Positions 56,250 through 64,000 of a stretch of DNA of 64,000 nucleotides are shown piece by piece. Below the pieces are notes generated by a model. That model made no database searches and had not been told where the DNA came from. It was given only the letters and a program-made list of their open reading frames with translations. Made by a program: the position numbers and the translations under genes. Where the stretch lies: NCBI RefSeq assembly GCF_009914755.1, contig NC_060934.1. One strand, written 5' to 3'. Source of the stretch: the human T2T-CHM13v2.0 reference genome, Homo sapiens. How positions within the stretch are numbered: position 1 is the first letter of the stretch; the number at the start of each line of letters is the position of its first letter.

Positions 56250-57472
<1,223 letters not shown>

Positions 57473-57520
57473 TTATAGAAAAATTGTAATTTAAATTACA
57501 TATTCATAGTCTTGCCTACT

Positions 57521-57697
57521 TGCATGAGCATGTTTTTATTGCTTCTAACCTGGATTGAAATCTATGACTTTTTATAACAGTCATTGAGTCTGTTTCAAAG
57601 GAATCTTGTGGTAAGTATTTTTGCATGATGTACTCAAGGTATCAAGTTTAACAATTGACTTTTTTTCATTGGAAAGCATATGTGATTAACTAGCATG
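57521..57697 (+). promoter_or_regulatory. ATP5F1C: RBFOX (U)GCAUG cluster upstream of cassette exon 9
   Basis: TGCATG 57521-57526, GCATG 57528-57532, TGCATG 57622-57627, GCATG 57693-57697. Fox-1 repression of F1-gamma exon 9 through intron 8 GCAUG is established. Confidence 0.85.
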
Positions 57698-57755
57698 GAT
57701 TGCTTCTTGACCTGCTTGTTTTGTGTTTGTCTTTTTCTTCTAATATAATAACCAG

Positions 57756-57792
57756 GGATTAATGAAAATCAAGTTCCATCCTCAGACAAGAG
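57756..57792 (+). CDS. ATP5F1C: ATP synthase gamma 37-nt cassette exon 9 (liver isoform, ...AAALD*; coding part 57756-57762)
   Basis: accag acceptor, G GAT TAA, gtaaag donor. Confidence 0.93.
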
Positions 57793-58440
57793 GTAAAGTT
57801 CACACATTCTTCCCATGTCTGTTCAGAAAAGAAACCTATTCAGATATAAGTTAAGCTAATTTAGTAATCCTATAATTGTCCTCTGAGAGATTTAGATGGA
57901 TGGGCCACTTCACAGTAGCAGCCAACTCACGGGAGCACCTGGGCAACGCTAGTGGACTTTTTTGTAGTGAGTGTGTTGATCATAGAAAATGTAGATATAA
58001 GGAAATAAACTTTGAGGATAGAGAATTAACATTATTTTGAGATATTATATATAGGTTGTGAAGAGTGGTGGTTGTCACACTTTATGGTCTCTGGACCCCT
58101 TAATGTCTGATTCATGTAGCAGAAGCCAGCCAGATTTTCATCTGTCTCTATTCATTTTGTTGTGATGTCATGGATCATGTGGCCTCTGGAAAACTCTACT
58201 GTATACTCGAGAATGAGAATATAACAGGCAAAATAACATTATCATGAAAATAGTTTTGACCTCATGAACCCCATGAAAGGTTCCCCAGACCAAAATTTTA
58301 GAATCACTGGTATAGGGTAACACTTTATTGTGTAAATTCAGTTCTCTGTACCCCACTTAAATATGTATTATTATCTCTTGACATTATTTTCCCAAAAAAT
58401 GCTGTTTGATTTCTTACTTGTTCTGTACTTTGTTTTTCAG

Positions 58441-58444
58441 GTAA
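58441..58444 (+). CDS. ATP5F1C: Exon 10 start: completes heart isoform (...AAAL*) when exon 9 is skipped; remainder to ~58600 is 3'UTR
   Basis: Long pyrimidine tract, tttcag|G TAA. Confidence 0.9.
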
Positions 58445-58562
58445 AGAAGGAAAATTCAGCCAGTTGATTTTGTTTTTAGCTTACTGCTGCCTTTGTCCGA
58501 AGAAACCGTTCCTCCATTATTTGAATTACTGAAGACAGCAAGATATTTGTAAATTATCTTAA

Positions 58563-58582
58563 AATAAACAACTTAAAATAAA
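58563..58582 (+). terminator. ATP5F1C: ATP5F1C tandem polyadenylation signals
   Basis: AATAAA at 58563-58568 and 58577-58582. Confidence 0.85.
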
Positions 58583-58839
58583 ATCATTGTTTTTCTTATA
58601 TATAAGAACAATAGATATAGTTTTTGAAATGAGATGATACTAAAACATTTAAAAATATTAATATGCTACTATTAAAATTTTTTAGTAGAAGACAATTTAA
58701 GAGGCTCTTTTGATTTGGTAGTGCTCCACTGACCTTAAAATGTCTAGCCTCTATGGGGACAACGTAGAGGGAAAGGGCTGCAGCCACAGCCTCAGCCCAG
58801 TTCTGTGCCTTATTACAGCCTTAAAGAACAGTCAACAAG

Positions 58840-59194
<355 letters not shown>

Positions 59195-60812
59195 TTATTT
59201 AAAACATCTTTTCTAAACACTGAGAAAAGTACGATACTCACATTTAGATCACAATTAAGATTAGATGCCTGCGTTGACTCCACACTCTGAGTTGGCCATG
59301 CCAAAATTTCAGGCTTTTCCCTATTTGTTTAAAATTGATAACTTAGTTTTTTGGGTTTTTTTTAATTACAAAAGTAATATATAAATTCCAAAATACATAA
59401 AATTATAAACAATATAAAACCCATTCTTAACAAGCTCCTCTTTTAAAAACAAATGAATGCATGTATTTAGAATGGATTCTTTAAATATTTACAGCTATAT
59501 TCATGGTAATGAATAAAAAGGTTCAGTGAACTGACCAGAGCTTCAAAGTCATTTTCTAACTCCCCTCAAAGTTTTCAGGAGCCACTTCTGAAGGGGTTGG
59601 TGGCTGAGACTAGGAGAAAGAAACAGCTCACAACTGAGGAATCAGATGGAGGTGTAGTGTGAACCAGTACAAGATACCTTTTGGGAATGTTAGCAACGAA
59701 CCACGTGCCTCTGGAGGCTGTGTGTATGTGTGTGTGTGTGTGCACGCCACTATACCTGGCTAATTTAAAAAAAAATTTTTTTTTTTAGAGATGGGGTCTT
59801 GCTATTTTGCCCAGTCTGGTCTTGAACTCCTGGGCTCAAGTGATCCTCCTTAGCCCTGCAAAGTGCTGGAATTACAGGTGTGAGCCACCATGCCCATCCT
59901 GTTTTGTATTTTGCTTCTAAGCTTGGCTTGACCCACCTCCAGTTTCTAGGAGAGCAGAACACATTTGTGAGGGTGATTTGAGTGTCCTAGACATCATGGA
60001 AGGAGGAAAAGCAGGAATTTGAAATCAGTCAACATAAGTAAGAATAATCTGTGTCTGAACTGGAATACTAGCTCAGCCCTTAACAGCTGTGACCTTGGGC
60101 AAGTTACTTAATCTTTCAGTTTTATGATCTATAAGATGGAGATTAAAAGATTGTTAGGATTAAATGAGCTAATATTTTAAAATATCGAGAATCTGACAGG
60201 GAGTAAGTGCTATATTCTTGGTTAAATGTCTGCTCTATGTAAAATTAATCATCAGCTCCCTGTAGCCTTTAGTGGTGCTCTTCTGTGTACTGGCACTCTG
60301 ACTCTCTGAGGATACAATAACAAAACGCCTCCTTGCAGGAGCTTACAGTCTGGAGGGAACACAAGCAAATGACAGAATGTGGTAAGTTACAATTGGTGAG
60401 CCACAAGAGGGACAGTGACTCAATTTGGGGACAGATGAAGGGGACTGAGAAGGCCGTCCAGCTTGGAGGAAGGGAGGTCTAAACAGTCCTCAAGGACCAG
60501 TGACCAACAGTAGAAATTAAACTACTAGAGCTAACTGGTGGGGAGGGAAGGCATTTCAGGCCAAGGAAGCAGAAAAAGCAAAGACCAAAATCTGTTCAAA
60601 TGCACATTCTGAAAACTGCTAATACAGAGAACGAGAAAGGCAAGATAAATCTGGAAAGGTGAGTGTACCATGCTGTGTGGTTTAGACATGTAGGAAGGAA
60701 TCAAAGAGTAAGCTTGAAATTTTCCCCCAACTTCTGTCCTCTCCTTTTGCTAAGTGGCATAACACAGTGGAATTACAGTGATAAATGACCACTGGTAAGG
60801 TTTATTACATAA

Positions 60813-61103
<291 letters not shown>

Positions 61104-62139
61104 ATCCTATTTTCTGCAAACACCTACACAGTACCTAAAGGGCTAGGTCTGTTAATTTTAATATTCTAGGATTGAGTTTCCATCATTACAACTGTTGTCT
61201 ATAATGTGCCCTTTAGGAAACTGTTTCTCTGTGTGCTTTAATATAGAATAGTTGAAGCTTTCAGAAACTTTATTATCATTATTCAAAACTCTCTAAATGA
61301 AGCTTAAGAACTGTGCAGTCACTGAGCTCCTGGCACCAACTGAAGAAAAAGTGCTGCCGTTGGCTGAAGTTGGGCTCACTGGTCCTCAACTGTAACCCTC
61401 GTCAGCATTGACCGCTACGCCCCAGTACTCGCCTTTCCCACATTGCTCTTGGTTCTTTTCCTTGTCCACCAAGACAGAATGATAAGGATCAGGCCTCTTG
61501 GATGAGTCTGAGCTCTGATCTCAGGAAGAAATTTCGTTCTACAGATCTCATGCCCCGCTAAGCTGTGTGCAGTCTCACTGCTAAAGAAGCAGCTGCTCTC
61601 CATTTCTGCCACTCCTGCTCTTGAACAGGTTCCTGATTCCTGGCCTCCACTGTTCACTTCTAGTTACTCTCTTCAAAGAGTGGCTTCACTGAGACATCAT
61701 CCACATGCCATGAAATTCACCCTTCTAAATTCTACCACTCAGTGGTTTTTCATATATTCAGAGTTGTGCTCTAATCCACTCTCTATATCATTGCAAGATG
61801 AATTGTGCTAAAAGGCATTACTGAAATATGACTAACTGCTAGGTACTATTTACTAGTGAATGAGACGAACACAGATCCTGCCTCTACCCCCGCAAAGTAT
61901 ACAGCAAAGAATGGAATGATTTTAGTTTCGGACATCCCTCAAACATTAATTACATTTGAGTGATATATTGGACATCCAAGCAGACATTAGTCATTAGATG
62001 CAGTTAGCTACGCTAGTATAGCACTCAGGAACAATCCAAGATAAAGTGTTATATTAAGGAGTCATCTTTACACAGCTAATGATGAAATCACTGAGGTGAA
62101 TCCTATGAAAAGAGAACACTGTAAAAGCAGACAAAAGCT

Positions 62140-63767
<1,628 letters not shown>

Positions 63768-63784
63768 TTATGGGGAGGTGGGAG

Positions 63785-64000
63785 CTGTGATGCACCATCC
63801 AGATCCCCCTTCAGAAGGACCTTCCACTGGGAATGGTGGAAGCACACAGCCCCCAGCTGCCAACCCTCATTGGAATTGCCTCAGCTGGAGATCACCTTGC
63901 CCAAGGTCATGGCCCCCTCCGGAAGCACCTACATCCAGTGTCTGATCAGTATGAGAGTATAAAGACCCCCTGCCTGGCTCAGGACACTGCAAAGGGCCAT
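63785..64000 (+). mobile_element. ERVL LTR (LTR16-like), runs off the window
   Basis: CACCTTGCCCAAGGTCATG...CATCCAGTGTCTGATCAG...GTATAAAG pattern. Confidence 0.45.

Overview
Human genomic DNA, recognisable from the translated exons as the ITIH2-KIN-ATP5F1C locus (chr10p14 from memory); a consensus-perfect AluYb8 supports human origin. It contains the last coding bases and 3'UTR of ITIH2 (+, 2-97), the complete 13-exon KIN/kin17 gene (-, CDS 38703->6846, exons sum to 1182 nt = 393 aa + stop), a CpG-island bidirectional promoter with an NRF1 site, and the complete 10-exon ATP5F1C gene (+, ATG 38978). ATP5F1C has a GC-AG intron 5 and the known RBFOX-regulated 37-nt cassette exon 9 (liver vs heart isoform). 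The rest is dense in Alu, L1, LTR and DNA-transposon relics; repeat boundaries and most subfamily calls are by eye and approximate. I see no wholly new biological system. The best leads are a candidate 30-nt cassette exon in ATP5F1C intron 8 (would give C-terminus AAALH*), a young AluYb8 in the likely extended KIN 3'UTR, an Alu target site reused repeatedly, an AG|GTAAAG repeat at both ends of ATP5F1C intron 9, inverted Alu pairs around exons, and an in-frame upstream KIN ATG overlapping the ATP5F1C start codon.
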